Of a DNA stretch of 64,000 bases, positions 13,746 through 23,209 are shown in pieces (the first letter of the stretch is position 1; each line of letters starts with the position of its first letter). This DNA comes from an uncultured bacterium. Lineage in GTDB: Bacteria > Krumholzibacteriota > Krumholzibacteriia > JACNKJ01. The notes under the pieces were generated by a model that had not been told where the DNA came from, ran no database searches, and was given only the letters and a program-made list of their open reading frames with translations. The position numbers were made by a program, and so were the translations under genes. The stretch spans positions 480,001 through 544,000 of the forward strand of contig CAVOFT010000001.1 in assembly GCA_963695095.1 (NCBI GenBank). The letters run 5' to 3'.

Positions 13746-15724
13746 CGCGCGAACCAGCCGGTGATGCGCTTGAGCCGCTCCAGGCGGTTCTGCGGCCGGC
13801 CGCCGCGGCTGAGCCCATGGCTCTCGCCCTCGAAGCGGATGTACTCCACGGTCTTGTCCCGCGCCTTGAGAATGGTGAACAGCTCGTCGGCCTGGGCGAT
13901 CGGGCAGCGCAAGTCGTTCTCGCTGTGGATGATCAGCAGCGGCGCCTGGATGCGGTGGGCGTAGAAGTTCGGCGATTGCTTCAGGTAGGCCAGCGGCTTC
14001 TCCCAGGGCCAGGCGCCGCCGAAGCTGTGGCGCTCGCCGGCGTTGTAGTCCGCGGCGCCGAACTGGGTGAGCCGGTTGCCCGCCTGGCGCATGGTCACGC
14101 CTGCCTTGAAGCGGCGGTTGTGGCCCAGCATCCAGGTGGTCATGAAGCCGCCGTAGGAGCCGCCGAGCACGCCCAGCCGATGCGCGTCCACGTCCGGCTG
14201 GCGCGCCAGGTAGTTCGTGACGGCGATCAGGTCCGCATAGTCCTTCTGGCCCCACTGCCCGTGGATGCTCTTCATCCAATCGGTGCCGTAGCCGCAGGAG
14301 CCGCGTGGATTGCTGAAGGCGACCACGTAGCCCTGCGCCGCGAGCAGGTGCATCTCGTGGAAGAAGGTGTAGCCGTACTGGCCCATGGGGCCGCCGTGGA
14401 TCTCGAGCAGGCCGGCATGCTTGGTGCCGCGCCGCGCCCGGGGCGGACGCAGCAGCCAGCCCTGTACCTTCACGGCGCCACTGCGCACGTGGAACTCCTC
14501 GGGCTCGCTGAGCAGGAGGCCGGCGAGGAAGCCGCGATTGGTCTGCGTGAGGCGCCGGGATTCGCCGCGGCCATCGAGGTTGAGGCCGTAGATGTCGCCG
14601 GCATCCATCATCGTGGCCGCGGCGACGGCCGCCCGGCCATCGCCGTTGATGCTGACCCCGTAGGCGTTCACCGGACCGCCGAACTCGAGGCGCGCCTGCG
14701 CGCGCCGCGGCGCTCCCGCGCGCGGGATGGAGTAGACATGGCAGGCGCCGCGCTCGTTCTGGACGAAGGCGATGCGCCAGTCCTTCCCCTCGCGATAGGT
14801 CTGGATGGCGCCGGCATCGCCCATCACCGTGTCCGTGATGATGAAGTTGAAGGGCCAATCGTCCATCCAGGGCGTGAGGCAGCGCGGCTCGCCGCCGATG
14901 CGGCCCACCTCGTAGAGCCGGTAGGGGTGCTTGATCCACTCGCCGGGGCCGCCGAAGTGGCCGGTGAAGAGGAGCGAGCGGCCCTCGGGCGCCCAGGCCA
15001 GGGCGATCAGGTGACCGCCGCGGGCGGTGGCGGCGCGGGGGCGGCCGCCGCGCGCCGGCAGCGTGAAGATGCGCTCGCGGCCGCCTTCGTGCTGAAGCTC
15101 CGGATCCGGGTTGGCGATGAAGGCGATCCGGCGACCGTCCGGGCTCCAGCAGGCCTCGCGGACGCCGAAGTCGTCGCGGGTGAGTTGCAGCGGACGCCCG
15201 CTGGGCAGGCCGACCACGTAGAGCTGCTGGTGAGCGGGCGGGAAGTAGCCGAAGCCGTCCATCTTGTGCGCGAGCCGCGTGATGTGCTTGAAGGTGGGGC
15301 CCTTGGCGCGCTGCTTCGGGTCCTCCTTCTTCATCGGGCGGTGGAGGAAGAGCAGACGGCGGCTGTCGGGGCTGAAGGCGAGTCCGCTGAGCGGGCCCTC
15401 GAGATGCGTGAGCTGGCGCGCCTCGCCGCCATCGGCGGGCAGCAGCCAGATGTTCGTCTTCTCCTCGCGGCTGGAGAGGAAGGCGATCCAGCGGCCATCG
15501 GGGCTCCAGATGGGGGCGCTGTCCATTTGAGCGCCCTGGGTGAGCTGCCGCCGCCCGCCGCCGGCTCGCCGCACCTCGTGCAGGTTGGCGAGATAGCGAT
15601 TCTCCTTGGCGTCCATGCGCTTGAGGCTGTAGACGATGCGCTCGCCGTCGGGCGAGATCGCCGGCGTCTCGGGGAACTGGAAGCGGAAGAGATCCTCGGG
15701 GCGGATTCTGCGTCGCGTGGCCAT
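13736..15724 (-). CDS. S9 family peptidase (acylaminoacyl-peptidase/YuxL-like), cytoplasmic
   Basis: PD40-type WSPDG propeller repeats; IHGGP, NPRGS.GYG, GGSYGG, DLRCP and ESHGLS (catalytic triad). Confidence 0.95.
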   Translation of the reverse strand: MATRRRIRPEDLFRFQFPETPAISPDGERIVYSLKRMDAKENRYLANLHEVRRAGGGRRQLTQGAQMDSAPIWSPDGRWIAFLSSREEKTNIWLLPADGGEARQLTHLEGPLSGLAFSPDSRRLLFLHRPMKKEDPKQRAKGPTFKHITRLAHKMDGFGYFPPAHQQLYVVGLPSGRPLQLTRDDFGVREACWSPDGRRIAFIANPDPELQHEGGRERIFTLPARGGRPRAATARGGHLIALAWAPEGRSLLFTGHFGGPGEWIKHPYRLYEVGRIGGEPRCLTPWMDDWPFNFIITDTVMGDAGAIQTYREGKDWRIAFVQNERGACHVYSIPRAGAPRRAQARLEFGGPVNAYGVSINGDGRAAVAAATMMDAGDIYGLNLDGRGESRRLTQTNRGFLAGLLLSEPEEFHVRSGAVKVQGWLLRPPRARRGTKHAGLLEIHGGPMGQYGYTFFHEMHLLAAQGYVVAFSNPRGSCGYGTDWMKSIHGQWGQKDYADLIAVTNYLARQPDVDAHRLGVLGGSYGGFMTTWMLGHNRRFKAGVTMRQAGNRLTQFGAADYNAGERHSFGGAWPWEKPLAYLKQSPNFYAHRIQAPLLIIHSENDLRCPIAQADELFTILKARDKTVEYIRFEGESHGLSRGGRPQNRLERLKRITGWFARYL

Positions 15725-16054
15725 GACTCGCCTTTCGCTGGCATCCATCAAGCTATTCATCTACACTGGCCCCTGTCCCGGCGCCGGGAACATCCTAGGG
15801 CAGCGGGGCGGGAATGGGTAGGGGAAAGCGGCCGAGATGCTGAATTCAACGGCAGACCGCGCGACGCTGCTCGCCCTCCTCATCACCGTGTCCACCGCGA
15901 CGCCTCACGGAGAGCGCCAGCGGCTGGACCTGGTCCTATCCGGCGCCCTCACTGAACATGAGCCTGATTCTCTTCTTCTACTTCTAGGACTTCACGGCGG
16001 CGGATCCTTGGCCTAGAGTGGGCGGCGCTGAAACGCTCCACGCCGAGGTGTCCG

Positions 16055-18793
16055 ATGCATCGCCTTGCCGTCCTGCTCGCCCTGCTCAGCTTCAGCCTCC
16101 CGGCCGCGCCTGCCGCCGCCGCGCCGCCGCCCGCGGCCACCGAGTGGAGCGTCGAGGCGCTGATCGCCCAGACGGCGGCCGCTGAGTTCTCCGTCTCGCC
16201 GGATGGGCGGCTGGTCGCCTGGGCCCAGCGCGACCTGGTCGACGAGGGGCGCCGCTATCGCTGGCAGCTCTGGCTCGGCGAGCTGGTCGACGGCGGCGAG
16301 CCCGCTTCGCCCCGCCAGCTCACGCGCGGCGAGAGCGATTGCCGCCGTCCGCGCTGGTCGCCGGATGGCCGCCAGCTCGCCTTCCTCGCCGACCGCGCTG
16401 CGCCGGATGCGGGCGAGGACGATGAGGACGCCGAACCCGAAGCGCAGATCTGGCTGCTGCCGCTCGCGGGCGGCGAAGCCGCGGCGGCCAGCGCGCACGC
16501 GGGCGGTGTGGCGGACTTCGCCTGGATCGGCGACGAAACGCTGCTCTACCTGGCCGGCGAGGGCAAGACCCAGCGCGAGCTGCGTCTCGAGGAAGCCAAG
16601 GACGAGACCGTGGTCGTGGGAGACGAAGCGCATGTGCCGCCGGCGCGGCTCTTCACGCTCCAGCTCGGCGAGAGGCCGCGCCGCCTGACCGCGAACACCG
16701 AGCCCATCCTCGACTTCCAGGCCAGCCCGGACGGCCGCCGCGCCGTCGCCCGTCTCAGCCGCAGCCTCCACGACGACTACGACGCCCGCACGCCGCCGGC
16801 CGTGATGCTCGTCGATCTCGCGAGCGGCGGCTTCAGCGAAATCCTCCCGGCCGCGCTGCGCGCGCACGACTTCACCTGGGAGCTGGACAGCAGGGGCTTC
16901 TTCTTCCTGCAGCCGGTGTCGACCGACTCGCTCTCGCTCTATGTCAGCCAGGACGAGCTGGGCTATCGCGGGCTCAAGGAGAAGGACTGGCGACCCCTGT
17001 CCCTCGACTGGGAGCGCGGCCTCGACGGCCCTGTCTTCGCGACGGCCAAGGGGGCCCTCGTCAGCCTGGCCGACGGCCTGGGCAACCGCCTGCTCCTGCT
17101 CGAGCGCAAGGGCGAGGGCTGGACCCTGGCCGAACTGCCCCGCCGCGCCCGCGGCCTCGACCGGCCCCTGGCGACGAGCCCCGACGGCAAGCTGCTGCTG
17201 CTCGCCGAGCAACTCGCCACGCGGCCGGATCGTTACCTCGCCTGGCGCCTGGACGGCAAGATGCCGCCCGCACTCGGCGAGCGCCGCGAGTTCCTGCGCC
17301 TGAACGCAGAACTGGCTGCCCTGCCCGCGCCGCGCTGCGAGCCCTTCAGCTGGCTGGGCGCCGAGGGCGACAGCGTCGAGGGCCTGCTCTACTATCCGCT
17401 CGGCTACCTCGCCGGCCGCGACGGCCCGCGCCCCCTCGTCATGATGCCCCACGGCGGCCCGGCGGACGCCGATCGCGACCGCTTCGACGAGGGCTGGTAC
17501 GGCTCGGCCATTCAACTCGCCGCGCGCGGCGCCTTCGTGCTCAAGCCCAACTACCACGGCAGCAGCGCTTACGGCCTCGACTGGCTGGAGTCGATCAAGG
17601 GCCGCTACTACGAGCTGGAAGTGCCGGACCTCATCGCCGGCGTGGACGCGCTCGTCGCGGCCGGGCTGGCCGATGCCTCGCGCCTGGCGCTCTACGGCTG
17701 GAGCAACGGGGCCATCCTCGGCATTGCCGCCGCCATCGAAGGCGAGGGTCGCTTCCGCGCGCTCGTCGCCGGCGCCGGCGACGTCAACTGGACCAGCGAC
17801 TACGGCAACTGCGCCTTCGGCGCCGCCTTCGACGATGCCTACTTCGGCGGCCCGCCCTGGGAGCTGCCGGAGGTCTACCTCGCCAAGAGCCCGCTCTTTC
17901 GCCTCGACCGCCTGCGCACGCCCACCCTGGTGGCCATCGGGGACGAGGACGTGAACGTGCCCACGGAGCAGGGCTACCAGCTCTACCGCGCGCTGCAGCA
18001 GAGCGGGGCCGCGCCGGTGCGCTTCCTGCTCTTTCCCGGGGAGGATCACGGCCTGGGCCGCCCGGCCTCGCGGCGGCGCTTCCTGGCCGAATCCCTGGCC
18101 TGGCTGGACCGCTGGCTCTTCGACCTGGCCCCGCCCGCCGAGGCGCACTATCGGCCCGATTCTCCGCTGGCGCGCGCCTTCGCGCTGGCCGATGTGGCCA
18201 GCAGTGAAGGCTACTTCGGCGAACTGCAGGGAGAAATCCTCGTGCCCGAGCTCGTTGCCGTGGGCGAACTGCTCGTCGGCCGCTTCGAGGTGACGCGCGC
18301 GCAGTGGGCGGCCTATCGGGGCCAGGAGCGGCCGGCCGACCGCCGCGGGGGCAATCTGCCCGTCGCGGGCATCACGGCCGACGAAGCGCGCGACTACTGC
18401 CGCTGGCTCGGCAAGCGCCTGAGCCTGGACTGCCGCTTGCCCAGCGAGGAGGAGTGGGAGGCCCTCGCCGAGCACGCGAGCGAGGCCGAGAACACCTTGG
18501 CCTGGTGGGCGGGGGCTCCCCTGGGCCGTGAGGACGCGGTCGCCCTGGCTGCCACCGTCGAGCTGCTGGCCGTCAACCGCGATCTGCTCGAGCCCGTGGG
18601 CTCCTTCGCGCCCGCCGGCGCGAGCGGTCTCTATGACCTGGGCGGAAACGTCGCCGAGTGGGTGCGCGCGGGCGCCAAGAGCCAAGCTCGCGGACTCTGC
18701 GCCGCCACCGCGCCGGATCCACTCGGCGGCGAGCCGGCGCCGCCGGCCGACTACATCGGCCTGCGCGTCGTGGCCGCGCGGAGCAAACCCTGA
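16055..18793 (+). CDS. Secreted S9 peptidase fused to a C-terminal FGE-sulfatase (SUMF1)-like domain
   Basis: Signal peptide; WSPDG repeats; PHGGP, GWSNG, DVNVP, EDHG; tail FEVTRAQW..LPV..RLPSEEEWE..GLYDLGGNVAEWV..GLRVV. Confidence 0.9.
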   Translation: MHRLAVLLALLSFSLPAAPAAAAPPPAATEWSVEALIAQTAAAEFSVSPDGRLVAWAQRDLVDEGRRYRWQLWLGELVDGGEPASPRQLTRGESDCRRPRWSPDGRQLAFLADRAAPDAGEDDEDAEPEAQIWLLPLAGGEAAAASAHAGGVADFAWIGDETLLYLAGEGKTQRELRLEEAKDETVVVGDEAHVPPARLFTLQLGERPRRLTANTEPILDFQASPDGRRAVARLSRSLHDDYDARTPPAVMLVDLASGGFSEILPAALRAHDFTWELDSRGFFFLQPVSTDSLSLYVSQDELGYRGLKEKDWRPLSLDWERGLDGPVFATAKGALVSLADGLGNRLLLLERKGEGWTLAELPRRARGLDRPLATSPDGKLLLLAEQLATRPDRYLAWRLDGKMPPALGERREFLRLNAELAALPAPRCEPFSWLGAEGDSVEGLLYYPLGYLAGRDGPRPLVMMPHGGPADADRDRFDEGWYGSAIQLAARGAFVLKPNYHGSSAYGLDWLESIKGRYYELEVPDLIAGVDALVAAGLADASRLALYGWSNGAILGIAAAIEGEGRFRALVAGAGDVNWTSDYGNCAFGAAFDDAYFGGPPWELPEVYLAKSPLFRLDRLRTPTLVAIGDEDVNVPTEQGYQLYRALQQSGAAPVRFLLFPGEDHGLGRPASRRRFLAESLAWLDRWLFDLAPPAEAHYRPDSPLARAFALADVASSEGYFGELQGEILVPELVAVGELLVGRFEVTRAQWAAYRGQERPADRRGGNLPVAGITADEARDYCRWLGKRLSLDCRLPSEEEWEALAEHASEAENTLAWWAGAPLGREDAVALAATVELLAVNRDLLEPVGSFAPAGASGLYDLGGNVAEWVRAGAKSQARGLCAATAPDPLGGEPAPPADYIGLRVVAARSKP

Positions 18794-18797
18794 GGAG

Positions 18798-19565
18798 GTG
18801 CCGCAATCGCCGACGAGCAGTTCCCGCGCCCGGGCGCCGGTGCCTGACACCCCGCAGCCGGACCTGCGCCGCTGCGCCCGCATCGCCTTCTTCACGGGGG
18901 CCGGGCTGAGCGCCGAGAGCGGCATTGCCACCTACCGGGGCGCGGGGGGGGGGTGGCAGCGCTATCGCTACGAGGACTACGCCTGCCAGCGCGCCTTCCG
19001 GCGCGACCCGGCGCGGGTCTGGGAGTTCCACGACGCCCGCCGCGCGGACGTGGCGGCGGCCGCACCGAACGCCGCGCACCGGCTGATCGCGGCGATCCAG
19101 GCCGAGCGGCCCGCCACGGCCATCGTCACGCAGAACATCGATGGCCTGCACCAGGCGGCCGGCGCCACGGTGGTGATCGAGCTGCATGGGAGCCTCTGGC
19201 GCCTGCGCTGCGAGGTCTGCGGCGCGCGCTGCGAGAGCCGGGAGACGCCGCTGGCTAACAAGCGCTGCGCCTGCGGCGCCTGGTGGCGGCCGGACCTGGT
19301 CTGGTTCGAGGATCCGCTCGACGGCGGGCTGTTCGCGGAGGCCGCCGCGCGCATCGCGGCCTGTGACTGCCTGGTCGCCATCGGCACCTCGGCCCTCGTC
19401 TATCCGGCGGCGGAGCTGCCGCTGCTGGCCATGCGCGCGGGAGCGCTCACGATCGAGGTGAATCCCGAGGAGACGCCCCTCTCCGCCCACTACGACCACC
19501 GCCTGCGCGGCAGCGCGAGTGCCATGCTCGCCGCGCTCTGGCCAGGCGGCGAGGCGGGCGCGTGA
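18798..19565 (+). CDS. cobB: NAD-dependent protein deacylase (sirtuin, class III/CobB-like); start uncertain
   Basis: TGAGLSAESGI, TQNIDGLH, HGS, CxxC..CxC Zn site, RPDLVWF, GTS and NPE motifs. Confidence 0.9.
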   Translation: MPQSPTSSSRARAPVPDTPQPDLRRCARIAFFTGAGLSAESGIATYRGAGGGWQRYRYEDYACQRAFRRDPARVWEFHDARRADVAAAAPNAAHRLIAAIQAERPATAIVTQNIDGLHQAAGATVVIELHGSLWRLRCEVCGARCESRETPLANKRCACGAWWRPDLVWFEDPLDGGLFAEAAARIAACDCLVAIGTSALVYPAAELPLLAMRAGALTIEVNPEETPLSAHYDHRLRGSASAMLAALWPGGEAGA

Positions 19566-20323
19566 GCGCGGAGACGAGCGAGCGCAGCGTCGTCGTTGCC
19601 GGCCGGGCGCAGCCCTACCTGCTCATTCGCCGGCGCGGGCGGCGCCGACTGACGCTCAGCGTGGAGCCGCGGCGCGGGCTCGTCGTGCTGGCGCCGCCGC
19701 GCCTGGCCCTGCGCGACATCGAGGCCTTCATCGTCAAGGAAGCCGACTGGTGGGGCGAGCGCCTCGCCGAGCTGGCCGCCTGGGAGGCCGCGCACCCGCC
19801 GCGCGCCTTCACGAGCGGGGAGCGACTGCCCCTGCTCGGCGAGGCCTGGACCCTGCAGGTGAGCGAGGAGCCGGGGCGGCAGCGCCCGCGCGTGACCCGG
19901 GAGGCCGGTGACGGGGGTCCGGGCACCATCCAGCTCCTGCTGCCGGCCGGTCTCGGGCCGGCGGCGCGGCGCGAGCTGGCCGCCCTCAGCCTCGAGCGCT
20001 GGTATCGCCGCCTGGCGGGCGAGCTGATCGCCGCGCGCGCCGCGCACTGGGGGGCGGACCTGGGCGTCGCGCCCGCGGCGATCAGCATTCGCGACACGCG
20101 CAGCCGCTGGGGAAGCTGCTCGAGCACGGGTCGGCTCTCCTTCAACTGGAAGCTCACGATGGCGCCGCCCGCGGTGCTCGACTACCTGGTCGTCCACGAA
20201 CTCTGCCACCTCGTGCACGCCGACCACTCGGAGCGCTTCTGGGCCTTGGTCGCCAGCCGCCTGCCCGACCACGAGCGCGCGCGGCGCTGGCTGCGGCGGC
20301 GGGGACGCGAGCTCTACCTGTAG
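19562..20323 (+). CDS. YgjP-like (DUF45/M48-SprT) zinc metalloprotein
   Basis: SRWGSCS, DYLVVHELCHL and HSERFW motifs; GTGA overlap with the sirtuin stop. Confidence 0.9.
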   Translation: MSAETSERSVVVAGRAQPYLLIRRRGRRRLTLSVEPRRGLVVLAPPRLALRDIEAFIVKEADWWGERLAELAAWEAAHPPRAFTSGERLPLLGEAWTLQVSEEPGRQRPRVTREAGDGGPGTIQLLLPAGLGPAARRELAALSLERWYRRLAGELIAARAAHWGADLGVAPAAISIRDTRSRWGSCSSTGRLSFNWKLTMAPPAVLDYLVVHELCHLVHADHSERFWALVASRLPDHERARRWLRRRGRELYL

Positions 20324-20332
20324 CTCGGGCAC

Positions 20333-21400
20333 TCAGCGCGCCGCTGCCACCCGCTCCATCCAGTCCGAGTAGTCGGCCAGCCAGTCGCCGTAGCCGGGCT
20401 CGAGGCTGGCGCTCGCGAACTCCTCGAGCACGAGCGGCGACAGCCAGGCGAAGACGAGGCGCCAGCGGTCGGGCTTGCCGCCATCCGGCAAGAGGAGCAG
20501 GCGCAGGATCGCCGGATCGCCGAGCGAACAGGTCGGCGGCGCTTCGTTCGCCCCCGGGGGCGGGCCGGGTGGCGGAGGCGCATCCCCGCGCTGGAAGCGG
20601 CATTCGCGCCAGGCCGCCTGCTGATGGGCGAGGCTCGCCAGCAGGCTGCTCAGGCCCTTGCGCACGAAGCGCCGCTTGAGCCAGCCCAGCTCGCGCAGCT
20701 GGGGCTCGCTCATGAAGAGGCTGTCGAGGAAGGCCTCGCGCGCGGCGCGCCCTGCCCAGGGGTCGGCATCGAGCGCGAGCGCTCCCGGGATGACCGGGCA
20801 GGTCCCGGCGCCGGGAGCGGCCTCGCGCCGCCAGGGATCGCAACGCGGGTCGGTCCAGGCAATCGCCGTGGGCAGGGAGAGCAGCAGCAGGGGCGCCAGG
20901 CGCGGATCCGCGTCGAGGCGGCCCTGGTGCGCGAGGCGCAGGGGTTGCAAGCCCGGCGGCAGATGCAGGGGGATGGCCAGCAGGCTGTCCACGCGCACGA
21001 TCGCAAGCTGATCGGCGCGCGTAGCCTCCGGCAGCAGCACTTCGGGAGCGGCGGCGAAGGCAGAGTGCAGCGACTTGTAGCCGGCCGCGCCGGCGCTCGC
21101 GCTCCCTGCCAGCCAGCGGGCCAGCGGCTCTGGATAGGCCAGCGCCGAATCGGCCGCCCGCGCCAGGAGCAGTGCGCCGCGCTCGCCGTCGAAGAGGGCG
21201 GCGAAGCCGGCCGCGTCGGCGTTCGCCAGGCCGGCGGCGAACTCCTCCAGCAGGCGCTCGAGGCGCTTGCGCTCGCCGCCACCCAGATGGCGCAGGTCCT
21301 CGCGCAGCTCGAGGACGAGAGGCCCGGCTCCCGCAGAGGGCGGGAGCCAGGCCAGGATGGCGACGAGAAGCGCCGCCGCACTGCGCAGACGGAGCCCCAC
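20333..21400 (-). CDS. Secreted hypothetical protein
   Basis: GTG start overlaps the TAG of the upstream gene (TAGTG); signal peptide 'LRLRSAAALLVAILAWLPPSAGA'. It is the 3' part of the 20333..22477 ORF. Confidence 0.6.
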   Translation of the reverse strand: MGLRLRSAAALLVAILAWLPPSAGAGPLVLELREDLRHLGGGERKRLERLLEEFAAGLANADAAGFAALFDGERGALLLARAADSALAYPEPLARWLAGSASAGAAGYKSLHSAFAAAPEVLLPEATRADQLAIVRVDSLLAIPLHLPPGLQPLRLAHQGRLDADPRLAPLLLLSLPTAIAWTDPRCDPWRREAAPGAGTCPVIPGALALDADPWAGRAAREAFLDSLFMSEPQLRELGWLKRRFVRKGLSSLLASLAHQQAAWRECRFQRGDAPPPPGPPPGANEAPPTCSLGDPAILRLLLLPDGGKPDRWRLVFAWLSPLVLEEFASASLEPGYGDWLADYSDWMERVAAAR

Positions 21401-21900
21401 TAGCAGGGTTCCCAGGTCGCCTGCCAGCCCGCCCACCACATCACGGTGAGCTGGCCGCAGAAGCCGTCGCCGTAGAGCTGGAAGTGCAGCCCGAAGGCAT
21501 CGATGGTGAACTTGACGTGGTCCTTGATCCACTTCCAGAGGCCGCGCTCGCCGCTGAGCGCCTGGGCGAGCTCGGGCTCGTCCCAGAGGGGCAGCTCGGG
21601 GTTGGCCTGGCGCACCAGGGTGAGAATCTCCAGCACGCTGCGCGTGGCGCCATCCGGGCAGCGGATGGCCGCGGCAGTGGGCTTGATGTCGCCCGGCGGG
21701 CTGCTCTGCGTCGGCAGCTCGAGTGCCGAGTCGTCCGTGCGGCCGGACGCCGCGCCCACCTCGCCATAGAGCGCCTTGACGGCGCTCAGGCTGGCGGTCT
21801 CGGTGGACGCGTGGGCAGCGGCGTGCCAGACCGTGGCTTCGATCGACAGCGGCAGGGTGACAGTGAACAAGAGCCAGATTGCGTAGTTGATCCACTTCAT
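21400..21900 (-). CDS. Exported hypothetical protein with N-proximal STETASLSAVKALY motif
   Basis: GGAGA RBS; hydrophobic N-terminus ending A-H-A; protein-like composition. Confidence 0.7.
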   Translation of the reverse strand: MKWINYAIWLLFTVTLPLSIEATVWHAAAHASTETASLSAVKALYGEVGAASGRTDDSALELPTQSSPPGDIKPTAAAIRCPDGATRSVLEILTLVRQANPELPLWDEPELAQALSGERGLWKWIKDHVKFTIDAFGLHFQLYGDGFCGQLTVMWWAGWQATWEPC

Positions 21901-22128
21901 GGCGATTGTCTCCCGTGAAGCAAACCCCTGGGAGAAGGCAAGGCGGCCCTCGCAGCGAACGTGCCGCGGCGCCGTGCCCGCGCAGCCGGGCCGGAGACAG
22001 CGAGTTGGAGTGGAGGATCGGGCGCGGGCTCGCGCAGGAGCGAAGCCGCGGTGGCCAGCCGCGCGTCCGCTTGTCCATGGCGTTGACGGGCGCCGGTAGC
22101 GCGTTCAGGCGCGCGCCGGCAGTGCGAC

Positions 22129-23070
22129 CTAGATGAGGGCGGGCAGGAGGCCCGGCAGCACCTCGAAGTCGGCGGCCAGCATGCGCTCGCTGAGCAGCTC
22201 GCCGTCGGCGTGGCCGGCGAAGGGCGTCTCGCTGCGCACACCCAGGCGCGTGAAGCGGCGGCTTTCCACACCCGGCAAGCCGAGATGCGTGCCCTTGATC
22301 CCGCGCGGGAGGAGGCGCAGCACTTCCAGGCGGCTGCGGGCATCGACGGCGCAGGCGTCGAGGCGGCCGTCGAAGGGATTGGCGAGGGGATTGAGCTTGA
22401 AGCCGCCGCCCGAGCAGCTGCCGTTGCCCACGCTGAGCAGGAGCAGGGGCCGCGGCGGGGACTCGACGCCGTCCCAAGTCAGCGCGAGCCGCGGCGCGCC
22501 GAGCCGGGCGAGCACGCGCAGGAGGGCGAGCAGGTAGAGCGGCTTGCCGCGCAGAGGCAGGCGCAGGCGGTTCGCCGCCCAGCCCACCTGGCCCTCGAAG
22601 CCCAGCCCCACGTTGTTGACGAAGAGGCGCTCCTGCTCCGCCGGGTTACCCGCCTCGCGCCAGCGCAGGCGGCCGAGGTCCAGGGCCCGCGGCTGACCCA
22701 CGCAGAGGCGACGGCAGGCGGCCGCGAAGTCCATGGGCAGGCGCAGGCCCCGGATGAGATCGTTCCCCGTGCCCGCGGGCAGGATACCGAGTGCGGCCAG
22801 CGGACGCGTATCGGTGGGTGTGCGCGCGAGGCGCAGCTCGGCGAGGCCGCCGGCCACCTCCTGGACCGTGCCGTCGCCGCCGAGGGCCACGATCACCGAG
22901 TAGCGAGGCGCCTCCTCGCGGGCCACGCGCCGGGCGTCGCCGGGGGCGCGCGTGACGAAGGTCTCGTAGGCCAGCCCGCCGGCGTCGAGCAGGCGCTCCG
23001 CCAGGCGGCGGCGGCGGGCGCCCAGTCCACGGCCGGCCACGGGGTTGACGATGAGCAGGTGAGTCAGCAC
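22129..23070 (-). CDS. Diacylglycerol-kinase family lipid kinase (YegS/DagK/BmrU)
   Basis: IVNPVAG, GGDGT, LPAGTGND, GGG..L.P.A...DG and HADGE motifs. Confidence 0.93.
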   Translation of the reverse strand: MLTHLLIVNPVAGRGLGARRRRLAERLLDAGGLAYETFVTRAPGDARRVAREEAPRYSVIVALGGDGTVQEVAGGLAELRLARTPTDTRPLAALGILPAGTGNDLIRGLRLPMDFAAACRRLCVGQPRALDLGRLRWREAGNPAEQERLFVNNVGLGFEGQVGWAANRLRLPLRGKPLYLLALLRVLARLGAPRLALTWDGVESPPRPLLLLSVGNGSCSGGGFKLNPLANPFDGRLDACAVDARSRLEVLRLLPRGIKGTHLGLPGVESRRFTRLGVRSETPFAGHADGELLSERMLAADFEVLPGLLPALI

Positions 23071-23209
23071 GCCGCCACGCTAGCACGGTGGCCGGGAGCC
23101 CCTCCAGCGGGATCTGGCAAGGCTCTTGCGTGCCTGACCCAGGGGGGTGAGCCCCGCGGCGTCTACGCGGCGCATCCTTCCCCAGGACTCCGCATCGGGA
23201 GGCAACGCA

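Noticed and set aside
18798..20323. Sirtuin + metalloprotein as a SIR2-type anti-phage system
   Set aside because: The sirtuin is a canonical Zn-containing CobB-like deacylase and YgjP is a common housekeeping gene. There is no defence-island context.
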